Below are positions 37,042 through 49,375 of a stretch of DNA of 64,000 nucleotides, piece by piece (the stretch's first letter is position 1; every line of letters starts with the position of its first letter). The position numbers and the translations under genes were made by a program. The notes under the pieces are model-generated. The model did not search any database and was not told the DNA's origin. It saw only the letters and a program-made list of their open reading frames with translations. The DNA is from Octopus sinensis (taxonomy: Eukaryota): contig NC_043006.1 of assembly GCF_006345805.1 (NCBI RefSeq), positions 92,814,001 through 92,878,000 of the forward strand, read 5' to 3'.

Positions 37042-37555
37042 CGAGGGTGAGTAAAAAAGTAATGCCATTTTGAAGCTGGTCCTCTGTGGATCACATCCCT
37101 ACTTCTCAACATAGTCACCATTTCTCACAATAGCAATGTTCCACCTTCGAATGAAAGCATGTATCCCTGCCCTGTAAAATTCTGTTGACTGTTCTTTGAG
37201 CCACTTCTTCACTACAATTTTTACTTCCTCGTCACTGGAAGAACGTTTTCTTCCGAAACCCGCTTTCATGGGGTCAAAGAGATGATAGTCTGAAGGCGCT
37301 AAATTATTGCAGTGACGTGGAATTGAAAACTGTAGTAAAGAAGTGGCTCGAAGAACAGTCAACAGAATTTTATAGGGCAGGGATACATGCTCTCATTCGA
37401 AAGTGGAACATTTCTATTGAGAGAAACAGTGACAATGTTGAGAAGTAGGAATGTGATCCACAGAGGACCAGCTTCCTTTTGATGTATGATACATGTTCCT
37501 GTGTTGGTAATCATTACTTCTAAACAAAATGGCATTACTTTTTGAATCACCCTCA
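37042..37555. mobile_element. Fold-back mariner derivative made of two transposase 3' ends
   Basis: TIR CGAGGGTGAGTAAAAAAGTAATGCCATTTTG with TA on both flanks. Minus strand LAPSDYHLFDPMK..DEEVKIVVKKWLKEQSTEFYRAGIHAFIRRW..GDYVEK*; the plus strand carries the same C-terminus from 37310. Confidence 0.9.
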
Positions 37556-37597
37556 TATATATGTATATGTATATATATCCGTAATTATTTTATTCCT

Positions 37598-37885
37598 TTA
37601 GTAAACTGTGGCCATGCTGGAACACCACCTTCATATATTTTCTTTCAGGTTTGTTGTCTCTTTACGACATGAAATTGGTTTATGATTGAGTTTGTAGCAG
37701 ATGATCTTCCTTGAGTGTCTCCTCGAATTATTAGCTGGTCTATTATCGTCGTTATCAGTTTATCCAGTGTCCTTTTGATGTTGCAGTTGAGGTGCTTTGT
37801 ATATTCTTTAGGACAGTATTTCAACATTTGACCTCCTGAAATATCAAAGTAGGCACTTAATAAGGCACTTTTGTCTTGTGGCATG
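37598..37885 (-). mobile_element. Diverged CR1-like LINE 3' end
   Basis: GGQMLKYCPKE..LDKLITTIIDQLIIRGDTQGRSSATNSIINQ aligns to the C-terminus of the 61565 LINE, followed by the GGTGTTCCAGCATGGCCACAG tail. Confidence 0.7.
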
Positions 37886-39144
37886 TGTGTATTTATATAC
37901 GTATTTTATACATAAATATGTGTGGTTATACTCTCTATATTACATCAACATTCATTGCGCATCCTATAAGTATACATCATATTTACTGTAGGCCTATAAG
38001 TATTGTACAGGTTATATAGCTGATTAAGTACTACTTTCATTCATATATAACATTATTTTGCTATTTTGCCTCTGTGTATTTATGCAGGGCCTTATACTCA
38101 CACATTTTTGATATTTTCTCCTACTTTTTCCTTCATTCTGTTTCGCTTCTCACTATAATACTTCCCTCTAACTTTCCGTTTTCTATGATTACACTCGCAT
38201 GCGTTATTTATTTATAAATCTAGTTATGAATATTACCTGCCTTTAATAATTCCGATCCCTTATTTTGTATTCCATGCATTGATCTCTATGTAAGCGTATA
38301 GTTTCCTTACAACTATACTTTAGTTTTGAGTTTGAATAAATTAGCTGAATTACGTTACCCTAATTAATACAATTTCTCTCATGTGGCGTTTCCTACTAAA
38401 CATCACATCGTTCTAAGATAAATTCATTTTTGTTACTTGTATTCTTTATGTATTGTTTTATCAATAAATTTACATCTATATCTCGCTTCACATTAATTCA
38501 ACATCTTTATTTTAAATTTTATTTCTATAAGTTTTGTATATTAAATTACTCGAAATCTTCAATAATCAAATTCATTTTTTTCTTCTCCATATAATCGCAA
38601 ATAGCCTCAATTTCACAATATTGGATTAACATATTTGACAATATTAAACAAACAGTTTTACAACATATAATTCTGCTTTACAAGCATATTTCATGTTACA
38701 TTCTCTTTTTTTTTAATTTTCATACAATACTTGTTTTCACATTCCTCCCCTTTATTTTGGGTGAAAAGCTAATATTAAAATATACTAAAATATGACAGTT
38801 CCTACTCTTAATTAGAAACTTCCTTTCATAATTAAATAATTCCTTCAACTCAATATATTTCAAAGGTAAACTTCAGTATTGCAGATAAACCATCCATTAA
38901 TTTCGTCCATAAAAGTTTGTTTACATATAACTTAGTTCAACAAACGGCTTTTGTTGCAATTCCATCGTTTGTAACGGCAATTCCCTTCTATTCCTATAAG
39001 CCTCCCACTTTAATTCTTATGTGTGCTTTCTAGTATGCATACCATTTTCGTTCTATTTATTCATTTCAATAAAGGTTAAATCGATATAATGAATATGGTG
39101 CTAGGTACAAATCATCGTTCCCGTCTCCTGAATGGATTATATTT

Positions 39145-39480
39145 TATTATTACTTCCGCCTTACAGAAGGCGGAGGTGTTGTTTTCAATCGCGTTTGTTT
39201 GTTTCTCCGTGGACAATATATCTCAAGAACGGCTGGATGGATTCGGAAAAACTTTCAGGGATATTTGGCCTCGTGACTAGCACGAAATTATTAGGTTTTG
39301 GGATCGATCCGGTACCGGGCAAGGATTGTGGACTATTTTCCCGGTTTCTTTACTTAATTTTTTGAGAGCGGCCGGGTTCATTTTTTGGTATTCTCGTTTG
39401 TGAGAGCAAACGAGTTTATTTCAGATATTTTAAAAATCATCTCCGGCCAAACGTCGGGAGGACGTTGGTGTTGCCTTGTT
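39145..39480 (+). mobile_element. Probable non-autonomous Helentron-type (HINE/DINE-1-like) element
   Basis: Starts TTATTACTTCCGCC with subterminal hairpin CTTCCGCC/GGCGGAGG, then (GTTT)n and ..CTCAAGAACGGCTGGATGGATT.., the usual HINE layout as I recall it. Confidence 0.5.
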
Positions 39481-40495
39481 CTATATTCAATCAATATATT
39501 CCCTTTTATCTTTTACTGTTCACAGCCATGGGAATGTAGCCCTACCGAGGCAGAGCCTTAAAGGGTTTTAGTTGAACGCATCGACCTGAGGACCGATGTT
39601 CACGTTTATATTAAGCGATAGTCATATTGTATTTGCCAATTAACAAAACACGCTCTACACTTGTTCTTCCCTACAGTTTTATTATTATTCATATTACACA
39701 TCCTGTGACCCCTTCCACACTTTCGCCACACATCCTGTGACCCCTTCCACACTTCTCCGTCCCACGTGTCTCTTCCTGTCCTGTTTAGTCCAGTCTGTCT
39801 TTCTATAGTGTGTATCCTTATCTGCGCATGCGTATGTGTCTGTATCTCTCTGTGTATATTTGTGTGTGTGTTGCACGTGTGTGCACATGTCTTAGTGTAG
39901 TAGATACATACATGCAGCACACATGCATACACACAAACATACACATGGAGATACTGGCGCATACACACTTGCAGATAAGGATACACACATAGTAATAGAG
40001 AGACCGAGATTTAACAGAAAATATGAATTGAATAACATCCCTCCATTACTCCACACCACGCAACCTGACGACTTAGCACAGAATGAGAGGAGGAAGAAAA
40101 AGATAAAGATACAAACAGTATAATAAATAAGCCCATACAGACACACACACACTAAAGACACACACATACACACACACACACACATTCACACACATATATG
40201 TATACACACGCAAACACATACACACACACACGCACACACACACAGACACAGACACACACACACACATATATATATGTTGATTATATGAAAGTTAATGGTG
40301 TCAGGCAATGGTGAGTAAGTGCTATGGACAGACTATAGTTAAGCTCCAGGTTCAGTGATTATGCGTCTATTTTCATTTTCTCAGACCGTATCCTACGAAG
40401 GGTTATATAAAATATTCCGGAAACAGCTGTAAGACCTTCTATTTATAAATGTTCTGAAATCTTTCACAGCCTTCGATTTTTATCTCATTTTGTTA

Positions 40496-40576
<81 letters not shown>

Positions 40577-40774
40577 GAGTATATTTATAAATATGCCATT
40601 TATAAATGGCATATACACCACTAAATGGCATATACAGGTGCTTCCAATTATCAAATATTCACCCTGAATTTTTTGTATATATATATGCTTCTAATATAGG
40701 ATAAAAGTTTTCCCCCAAAAAGTCTATCAAATGGCTCAGAATATTAAAATACCTTTAAAGGTGAAAATTATAAA

Positions 40775-41283
40775 CAATTATAAACAAGGGCAAAAGAAAA
40801 AAAGATTTCTATGTCAATATGCTGAGAATAGACTTTAAATCGTCAATCATCACATTACAATATACATCACTATGAATACACACCGCGCTGAAGTCGAGGA
40901 AGGCAAGCTAACAGAATTTTTTTTAAAACATGTTATCTCTATATTGAATCAATTTCGGGTTTAATTCCACGGATCTTTTCCTTCTTCAGCAGAGAATATA
41001 AGAAATAAATAAAATACTTAAAAGTACCCATGGAAAAAAGCATAAGCAAGAGTCATGTGTACACATAAGTACCCCAGTTATATCTAAACGTAAATTCATT
41101 TAGAAAGTCTCAGCATAGGTGTTACCGGTCGCGAACCACAACATTTAGTGGTTACCAGTCCCGAAATCAACACGGCGTGTATTCATAATGAATGTATATT
41201 GTAATGTGGTGATTGACGATTTAATGTCTTTTCTCGGCATGTTGGCATAGAAATCATTTTTCTTTTGCCCTTGTTTATAATTG
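40775..41283. mobile_element. Element with about 115-bp inverted arms and a central hammerhead (PLE-derived or MITE)
   Basis: 40775-40890 matches the reverse complement of 41168-41283 with scattered mismatches. Confidence 0.7.
40936..40995 (-). ncRNA. Minimal hammerhead with intact core and weak stem II
   Basis: TCTCTG-CTGAAGA-a-GG..20 nt..CCC-GAAA-TTGA-t-TCAA-TA-TAGAGA. Stem I 6 bp with one GU pair, stem III quasi-palindrome AUUGAUUCAAU, AUA triplet. Confidence 0.55.
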
Positions 41284-41389
41284 TGTGTATATATATGTAT
41301 ATATATATATATATATTATATAATATATATATATATATACATATGTATATATGTATATATATATATATAATATATATATATAATATATA

Positions 41390-41450
<61 letters not shown>

Positions 41451-41464
41451 ATATAATACATATA

Positions 41465-41630
41465 TGTATTTTCTCTCCTTTTTGTCTCTCCTTGATTTTT
41501 CTGTGTCCCTTTCTGTAGAAGAGCGTAGGCTCCAAGCGTAAAATACTTTTTTCTATTCCTGAGCATTATACTAATACATCAGTTTGTTTTGTACATCACC
41601 TGTCTTCGTCTTTTGTTGTTTTCGTTAACT
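41465..41630 (+). mobile_element. pLTR-like relic with degenerate hammerhead at 41509-41544
   Basis: CTTT-CTGTAGA-a-GAGC-gtag-GCTC-CAAG-CGTA-AAA. Stem II intact, core mutated. Confidence 0.45.
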
Positions 41631-41634
41631 CACC

Positions 41635-41714
<80 letters not shown>

Positions 41715-42551
41715 CGTATATATACATATATACTTAGAAATGGATGCGTGTGTTCTGTCATATAAATTAATAAATAAAATAAACTATATGCATATATACA
41801 TACAGATATGTACGTACCTACCTCTACATGTATATATACATGCATATATGCGTACAGGACGCCAAAAATACGTCGAACACAATGAGAAACGAAAACATAA
41901 ACACAAAACCTGGGAAATTAACATTTTTCATAAACAACGAAAAAACAGAGTACAGGACATAAAATTGAAGGAAAATTCCCCTTCTTCAGTCGCCTTTGTT
42001 TCATCTACTCCGCGTTTCGAAGGTCAAGGCGAGACACTAAGTAAGATTGTTCTTAATATTAATAATGATGCGCACTCTTAACCTTTCTATCCCCCTCCCT
42101 TTCTCAGCTTTCATTCTTTCGGGTTTCCTTTTCTTCTACCTTACTGTCTTTCCCTCTCTCTCTCTCATTCTTCATTCTTTCTGGTTTTCTCTACAACCAT
42201 TCTCTTTTTCCCCCCTTTCTCTTGCTTCTCCTCCCCCTCCCGTCGCTGACCCCCGACGAGAGCTCTGCTACTGTCTTTCTGCCTTGGCTTCCTTCAAGTG
42301 TAGACGGCATTTTCTGTGGCTCCTTCGCCGTTCTCAAAAATAGCGTTCGTAATATTTTATCTCGTTCGGCTCAACAGTCCTTCTTGTCTGTGTTACTATT
42401 ATTCTCCTTGTCCTGTCTTTTACTGTTTATATTTTGTACTGTCGTTACTGTCCTGGTTTTGTTACCATTTTTACCCCTCCGCAAAAAAAACGTACATATA
42501 TGTTTGTATATATGCATATGTTTTACTTTATTTATTAATTTATTATTATAT

Positions 42552-42608
<57 letters not shown>

Positions 42609-42721
42609 GAGGGCATTATACATACATGCCACACGCTAAGAGGGACAATTAGTCATTTCTACCAAAAATATTACTAATCCCACCGAATGCAATTTTTCAA
42701 AATAAGACATTTAAAAAATAT

Positions 42722-42769
42722 AGACCTGTATCACAGTGATTTCATACTTACGTATTCATCAGCAGGCCT
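42722..42769 (-). ncRNA. Intact minimal type-I hammerhead, copy 1
   Basis: AGGCCTG-CTGATGA-ATAC-gtaa-GTAT-GAAA-TCAC-t-GTGA-TA-CAGGTCT. Stem I 7 bp with one GU pair, stem II 4 bp closed by a GUAA tetraloop, all core nucleotides present. Confidence 0.85.
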
Positions 42770-43197
42770 GAATGTATCATAAATAAACGACCCTGCCCCG
42801 CTTAAGCCGATCAGCTAACTGATCAACATCAACGAAGCACATGGGTGAGTTTACATATATTACATCCTGTAAATGGCATACTTTTACGAATTGCATTTCG
42901 GGAGAGGAAAAGTTTTTTCGGAATAAAAATTTAGCAATTTAGGACAATTACTTAATAAGGAAAACTTAACAAGAAATTGTCAGGTAGATAGCGTGAAAAC
43001 CTCATAAGAGAATAAATTTCGAAAATAATTATTTCTTATTGAACATATTAATTTATATATAGAGGGCATTATACATACATGCCAGAGAGCATTATACATA
43101 CATGCCACACGCTAAGAGGGACAATTAGTCATTTCTACCAAAAATATTACTAATCCCACCGAATGCAATTTTTCAAAATAAGACATTTAAAAAATAT

Positions 43198-43245
43198 AGA
43201 CCTGTATCACAGTGATTTCATACTTACGTATTCATCAGCAGGCCT
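43198..43245 (-). ncRNA. Intact minimal type-I hammerhead, copy 2
   Basis: Identical to copy 1. Confidence 0.85.
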
Positions 43246-43518
43246 GAATGTATCATAAATAAACGACCCTGCCCCGCTTAAGCCGATCAGCTAACTGATC
43301 AACATCAACGAAGCACATGGGTGAGTTTCCTAAATTGCTATATATATATATATATATATATAAAGAAATAATTGAGATTCAGTTGAATTAAACGCAAAGT
43401 AAGGTGAATAAAATAGACCCGCTTGAAACGGTCGTACTGCATCACCTCTTGATATCCTGTTGCTTATTTTGATATATATAGATTTATATATATAGAGTAG
43501 TTGTCTACTCTTATGTAT

Positions 43519-43559
<41 letters not shown>

Positions 43560-43914
43560 TCTATATGTATTTATGTATACGATTATTAAATATAATTTTA
43601 AATAAGGGCTCTGGAATTCCATCGCCCATACGCTAAAAAATAATAATAACAGATCTACAAACCACTCTAAAAATAGCTCTCTATTCTAAAATCTTCTGGC
43701 CCATTGCCTCGCATCCGACCTGTGGTTATAAATGGAGAACTGTTTTTAGAGTTGTTTTTAGATATTTGTCTTCTATTTTCTAGCATATAGGCGATGCCAT
43801 TCTAGATTCCTTATTTATAACTATATTTCCTAATGATATTAAAAAATTAATTTTACCGATACAATCACTTTTTATACGCCAGCCACTGATATAATCATTC
43901 TAATGATTATAACC

Positions 43915-43956
<42 letters not shown>

Positions 43957-45049
43957 GCTTCCACACAGTTTCCATCTATCAATTTCACCACTGGACGGTA
44001 CCAGGCTACTGTAAAAGATAATTGTCTGTTTCCTTTCAGTTATACAAGCAAAACATTGTCGAAACTTAAATTAAGAATGACAAATTAAAAATCAGGTTTA
44101 GAAAGATGTTAGGGAAAATCGAAAAACGGATACAATGAAATATGCTTCATAAAACATAAATGGAACAACACCGAGCAGAAGTCAATGATTAAAATATTAT
44201 CACATGTGACTTGGAATTCAGAATGATAGAAACTTTTGTTAAACAGTGCCTTCGTGACCAATATCTGGACGTCAAAGTGTGTACAACAAGTATTATTGAT
44301 CTAATGGTGAATGCAAATTAAGTTTATTTCTTGAGAGGAATAATTTTTATGAGTGAATTAATTGAATATTAATTGAATTTTAAAATAAAATCTTAATTTT
44401 CTATTAGAAATTGAAAGTGAACAAAACAAAATGAATGCAGTAAACGTATTGCCACGTACATCTAAGTCTATAGCTGGCTGCATGTGTGTAGCTCTCAACA
44501 TACAAATGTCTGGCACAGTGTGAATGTCATAGCTGTATCAATCAAACCTTGGAATATATTATTAGGGAAGGTCGAAAGTCGTAATTAACGTGCAAGTAAA
44601 ATTAAATAAACAACACTCCAGAGATTATATAATTTAATTATCGCGATATAAGAAATGACTTGGTATCTCACGCTTAGGCAATTTTCTTTATATTTTCGCG
44701 CATCTATATCCACGTATCAAATTACGCGGCAGGTAGGAATAATCATATTTTCAATAATCCCCAATATTAACTGGATGCTAATTAATCTGTAAAATTCAAT
44801 TTCCTTTGAGATTGTGTAAATACACACACACACATGTAAGACAAAGTTACTTTTTCTACACTGGTAGAAAAAAGAAGTTGAAAATAGAGTGAAATTCGTT
44901 TGGAATTTCTTTGTTTTAAATTTTTTCACCGGTTTCATGGATTTCTCTGATTTTCAAAAGTTGAGAGAGAAAGACGTGGAACTATGCAAGAACTGCCTTG
45001 CTTCTGTATTTCTTTATTGTCTATAAAGGGCATACACAGAAAGGACAGA

Positions 45050-45440
45050 ACAGGGGCGGGAACGAAAGAAGGACAGTCTTACACAGGGCTGGGCTTACAA
45101 TCATGGTAACTGGAATGAAATCGGAATGAAAAATCGAATTTTACAATGAAAATGAAAAATGCAAATAAAAATATAAAGATAGAAATATATTGTTCGTGGG
45201 TTCATTTTTAACCGGCCGGTTTTTTGCGTGGTTTTACACTGCCTTGCTTCTGATTGAAATCCACATATTGTCTTGGTTTTATAGAGAGAACATGGCTCAA
45301 ATTAGCATCTGTCTTAGATACGTTTTGATTGGTCAAGGATGATCACGTGATTCGGTTATAAGCACTTTTCAAAGTTCCCCGCTACGTTCGTTCATTAATG
45401 TCATGTGACAATATTTTTGGCGTCGTTATTTAAAGCTGTC
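45050..45440 (+). promoter_or_regulatory. Candidate Pol II promoter
   Basis: GC box GGGGCGGG at 45053, GATTGG at 45327, ATCACGTGAT at 45342, GTCATGTGAC at 45400 and TATTTAAAG near 45428, in non-repetitive, CpG-richer sequence. Confidence 0.35.
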
Positions 45441-46049
45441 ATACTTGATGAACATTTCTAGTGGTAAATCGTAGTAGTGAGGAGGACTGTCTGAATTTTA
45501 TCTGTCAAATGTAGTAGAGAAAGATCTCGTGATTAGTAGTATTCTTAGAAATTCTTGTAGGCTCTCCACTGCGTCCGTGCGTTAATATGTGATATTTTAT
45601 GCAGCGAAAATCAAGACTTACACGGTTAATTGAACATGTCTGCTGACAGTCCAAAAATGAAGTTCACAAAGTTTAATCTGTTGAGTGGTAGAGTGGACAT
45701 GGATTGTTTCTTTGGAGTCAACTGGTTAAATAATTATGGTTTGTGTTTATGTATGCAGACATCAAATTTAGCTATTAAATGTACTTTTTCTAACCGTTCA
45801 ACACTTAAGTATGTGTAGAATCTGTCAGAAGTCATGATTATGTCCAAAGTTTAGTTTGTTAGCTATATAAAGTCTATATGTTAAGCAACAGAATGAGTTT
45901 ATGTGAATAACTGTACACGAATGTAGTTTGTTAAAGTTTATTTAGAGTTGGTTTGCCCTTTTCTATGAATATATTTTCTTTGTTTATCCGTGCTTGATCT
46001 GTAATATTAATTGAATATTTTACCTTAGTTCAGTAGTTTTGCGATGATA

Positions 46050-46640
46050 TTTTTCACTTATTTGGGGATATACTGTCTCAACTGAGATGTGGGCGAATTC
46101 GATGTTTGAAGAACAGTGATTAAATACACCACAGAAATCCATAGACGTTTCCTATGAATATCATTACGAGAGACTATCCAAAATGTGATCCTTCATGAAT
46201 AGAGCGCGATGAACGATGTAATCGTAGATTATGAAAGTTGATATATCCACTGGGAGAGATGTATCGCAAAACTCAGGTTCTCGAAAGTATTGGTAGCTGT
46301 CGAATGCAGAAGAAGGACGCAGCTTTAAAACAAATTAGCACATAGACTCTTGCTCAACCGTAGTTTGTGCAGATGCTTAATAGAGGCAAATGTCTTCCGC
46401 TCTGCTCTTACTCCGCCGTGGATTTCATCGTTCATGTTTCAGCATAAATCTGAGGTCTATCCCAAGAGACCGTACCAGTTTCCATCATCTATTTCATCTC
46501 TTCCCACTATTATTCCCCCTTGTGCTATAGCTTTGTGCGATTTATGTTAAGGCCCACTGATGAACTCTGGTAATGCACTTCTACCAGCATGATCTGCAAC
46601 TAATCTGAGACTTCTGCAATGAGCCCTGTGTCACCAACAA
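46050..46640 (-). mobile_element. Highly degenerate RTE-type RT fragment
   Basis: Minus strand LIAEVSD*LQIMLVEVHYQSSSVGLNINRTK..NDEIHGGVRA..FASIK..LCANLF*SCVL resembles the RTE region following FADD. Confidence 0.55.
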
Positions 46641-46944
46641 ATCACACGTGTATTAGTATCATTAAAATGTTGACGAAAATTCCAAAATATTATATTAATA
46701 CAAGTAATATCCATTGACCACCTGAAAACAACTTTCAGATGTCCATAGTTTAGCATTGAATGCTGTAATATATTTGCTTAGAACGATTTAAGTTTATTAT
46801 AATTTTCATATCCATTTCTTTTTCTACATTTAATAATTATAGTTAAATTTTACTCATAACAGTAACCCCTTTCATTCACTCACTGCATCTGCATTTCATT
46901 TCAAGTCTGAATGAACTTAGCTTCCGATGATTTGCGGATCTTAA

Positions 46945-47085
46945 GGCAGTTATCTGGTAGAAATCGTTAGCACACTGCATACAATGCTGAGCGTCATTCA
47001 AATTCCGTCCATGTCGATATTGCTTTCATTCTTTCGGGATCGAATAAATAAGGATCAGATGAGCACTGAGTTCAATGTCATCGTC
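46945..47085 (+). mobile_element. Meta-like SINE relic
   Basis: AGAAATCGTTAGCAC..CTTTCATTCTTTCGGGATCGAATAAATAAG..GAGCACTGAG. Confidence 0.6.
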
Positions 47086-47759
47086 TCGCCTTTCTCCCCG
47101 GAAAATGCTGACCTTGTACGAATATTTATAACCAATATATTACAGATCATAATTCGTACGGTCAACACATTCTCATTTCATATGAAGTTTGCCGTATCTC
47201 TTTTCTTTCTCTATCGCATCAGTATTTTTCTCATCGTTTCTTTTATTTTGATAAAACAGAACTGCTCTGATAATGTATTTTCTATGTTTAGCATATTAAT
47301 GATTACTCATTAATTATGGGTTTACATACATCTTAAGTACAGCAATTTGAATTTAGAGTGTCGTCAATCATGTTTTAAGGAATGTATCTGACGAATTGCT
47401 AATTCGCTTAGATTCCTGTTCAAAACACAATGCAAAATCTCACTATATTCTAAACTAAGAAAATCAATATCTACGCAAATTACATATTCTGGTAATGTTA
47501 TTTCAGATGCAACAAGCTTTCTATAAATTGGATACACGACTAACAAATTTGTGTTTCTATGTTGGTACGTACGTATGTATGGCTCTTCTATTTTTTTGTT
47601 TATTATAAATTTTCCACTGAGGAGGCAGCAGGTTTCCAACAAAGATACAAGGCTCCATCTTTGGGATGTAGTTAACGCAAATTCACATTTGGAACTTGAG
47701 AAAAGTTTTGCATATTTTAACTGTTCCACTCACAGATTGCACTTGTAATGTACGATTTA

Positions 47760-48300
47760 GTCAGTCCATTTCTCTTTCTGAAAATCCCAGTTTATCCAGA
47801 TTCTCCTTTAAGCATTTACTAACAAAGCCTAGCGATCCAATTGTTAGTGGTTCGATTATCAATTCATAGTCTGGATATAGATGCTGGACGTTTCGAAGCA
47901 GTTGTCCATAGTTATCCTCTTTTTCTTTGATTTTCAAAAAGATATTTATATCTGCGCGGCAGCTAACCGCTATGATGGTACATGTTTGCCCCTTTGTCCC
48001 AAACAACAATATCTGGCGTGTTATGCCTACAGTTGACAGATGCTTTGATGGGAATATTCCACCAGTATTCCTTGAGTTGATGTTTATGAATGTATTCCAT
48101 AACAGAGGGATTTTCTAAGTTTATTTCAGGACAGTCTTTTTTCGGATGGCATTGTAAATTGTTTTAGCATCACCATCGCACCTCATCGGGAGGTCGTACC
48201 GTGACGAAATTTTAGGATAGCTGCTAATGACATGGCCTAGTGTCTTCGAAGATTACAAGAGCGTTACTTTCTCTATTGTTCACCAGGTACTTTGAGACAG
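47760..48300 (-). mobile_element. 3' end of a different RLE-type non-LTR element
   Basis: HVISSYPKISSRYDLPMRC (knuckle/RHD relic), EYWWNIPIK..HNTPDIVVWD, TCTIIAVSCRAD..KEKEDNY..IIEPLTIGSLG. Confidence 0.75.
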
Positions 48301-49139
48301 TGTCCTGTTCCTGTGTGTATGTATGTGTGTAGTATATATATATGTGTGTATATATATACGACGAGTTATTTCGGTGATCATTCTTTAGCACCAGCGGCAA
48401 TATAGTGAATCTGTCATTCTATCGTAATCCAACACTGTGACGCATTACTAACGTAATACACACTTTCCTTACGCATACATGAAGTTGCAAGTAGGTAAAC
48501 ACAGATTCATGTAACGTGACATCACCTTACATAAATTACTCCTTTTATTGGCAGATTCTGTCTCTCTAATTTAAGGATTAATAGACTTTCGGTCAATTTA
48601 GTTATCTTCTTTCTCCAAAAGCATTCATTGTGTGAGGTTTTCTTTATTGAATTTGAAAGCAAATAAAACAGTGTGGAATTATCCCTCCTTCCTTTATAAT
48701 TCAGGCAATCTTTTCATTGTAATGAAGGTTAATACTCTAAAATTAATTCGGTTTCATAATCTTTCTGAATTGATTTCACTACTTTGTATACTCTACGTCT
48801 CTAAGTATCTTAATGGGGAGCTGGTTTACAGTATGTTTCCTATTTGCAGTATTCTGGCTAACTTTTAGATGTGATTTAGTTATTTTTAGAATCAAGAATG
48901 AAGGTAATTCTTAGTTAAGGGAAAGAAGAATTGGAATGAAATGCGAAGGAATAATTGCAACATTATGAATTCCACTAAAGACATACACAATGCCTGGTCA
49001 GGAGACAGATTAAGTCTATCACTTACGTAGGCGATGTCGGCAGTGGAACCCAAATCCCAGAGCCGCCGAAAGAAATACCACAAGTTATAAGACTTACGCA
49101 TAAATTTTCTCGTTTAAAAGATGAAAACTGGTATTATGT

Positions 49140-49375
49140 TCTCTGTCGTATTTATGTGTACGAGTGTGTGATTATTTTTTACATCTGTGTTTGTTCCCAC
49201 CGCCACTTGACGATCGGTGTTCCCGTGACTTAGCGCTTTAACATAAAGGGCTGATAAAATAAGTACCAGGTTTAACCAAAATATAAATCCTGGGATCGAT
49301 TCCTTCGATTAAAAATTCTTCAAGGCGATGCTCCAGCATGGCCTTAGTCTAGTAACTGAAACAAGAAGACGAAAA
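49140..49375 (+). mobile_element. Diverged 3' half of main-family SINE
   Basis: GATAAAATAAGTACCAGG..GATGCTCCAGCATGGCC..ACTGAAACAAG. Confidence 0.7.

Larger units (their letters stand above)
42608..43340 (-). mobile_element. ORF-less tandem element with two identical hammerheads (retrozyme-like or non-autonomous Penelope derivative)
   Basis: Identical repeats of about 245 bp (42608-42852 and 43084-43328), period 476 bp, with (TA)n on both flanks. Confidence 0.75.

Noticed and set aside
40400-40460. Hammerhead relic with GAAACAGCTGTA palindrome
   Set aside because: The CUGANGA box and stem I are not recoverable; counted only as a weak relic.
41960-42030. Minus-strand CGAAACGCG and CTGAAGA words
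   Set aside because: Order and stems do not give a complete hammerhead; probably a truncated pLTR.
47364-47729. 121-aa ORF downstream of the RLE relic
   Set aside because: No recognisable motif; probably a chance ORF in 3'UTR or flank.
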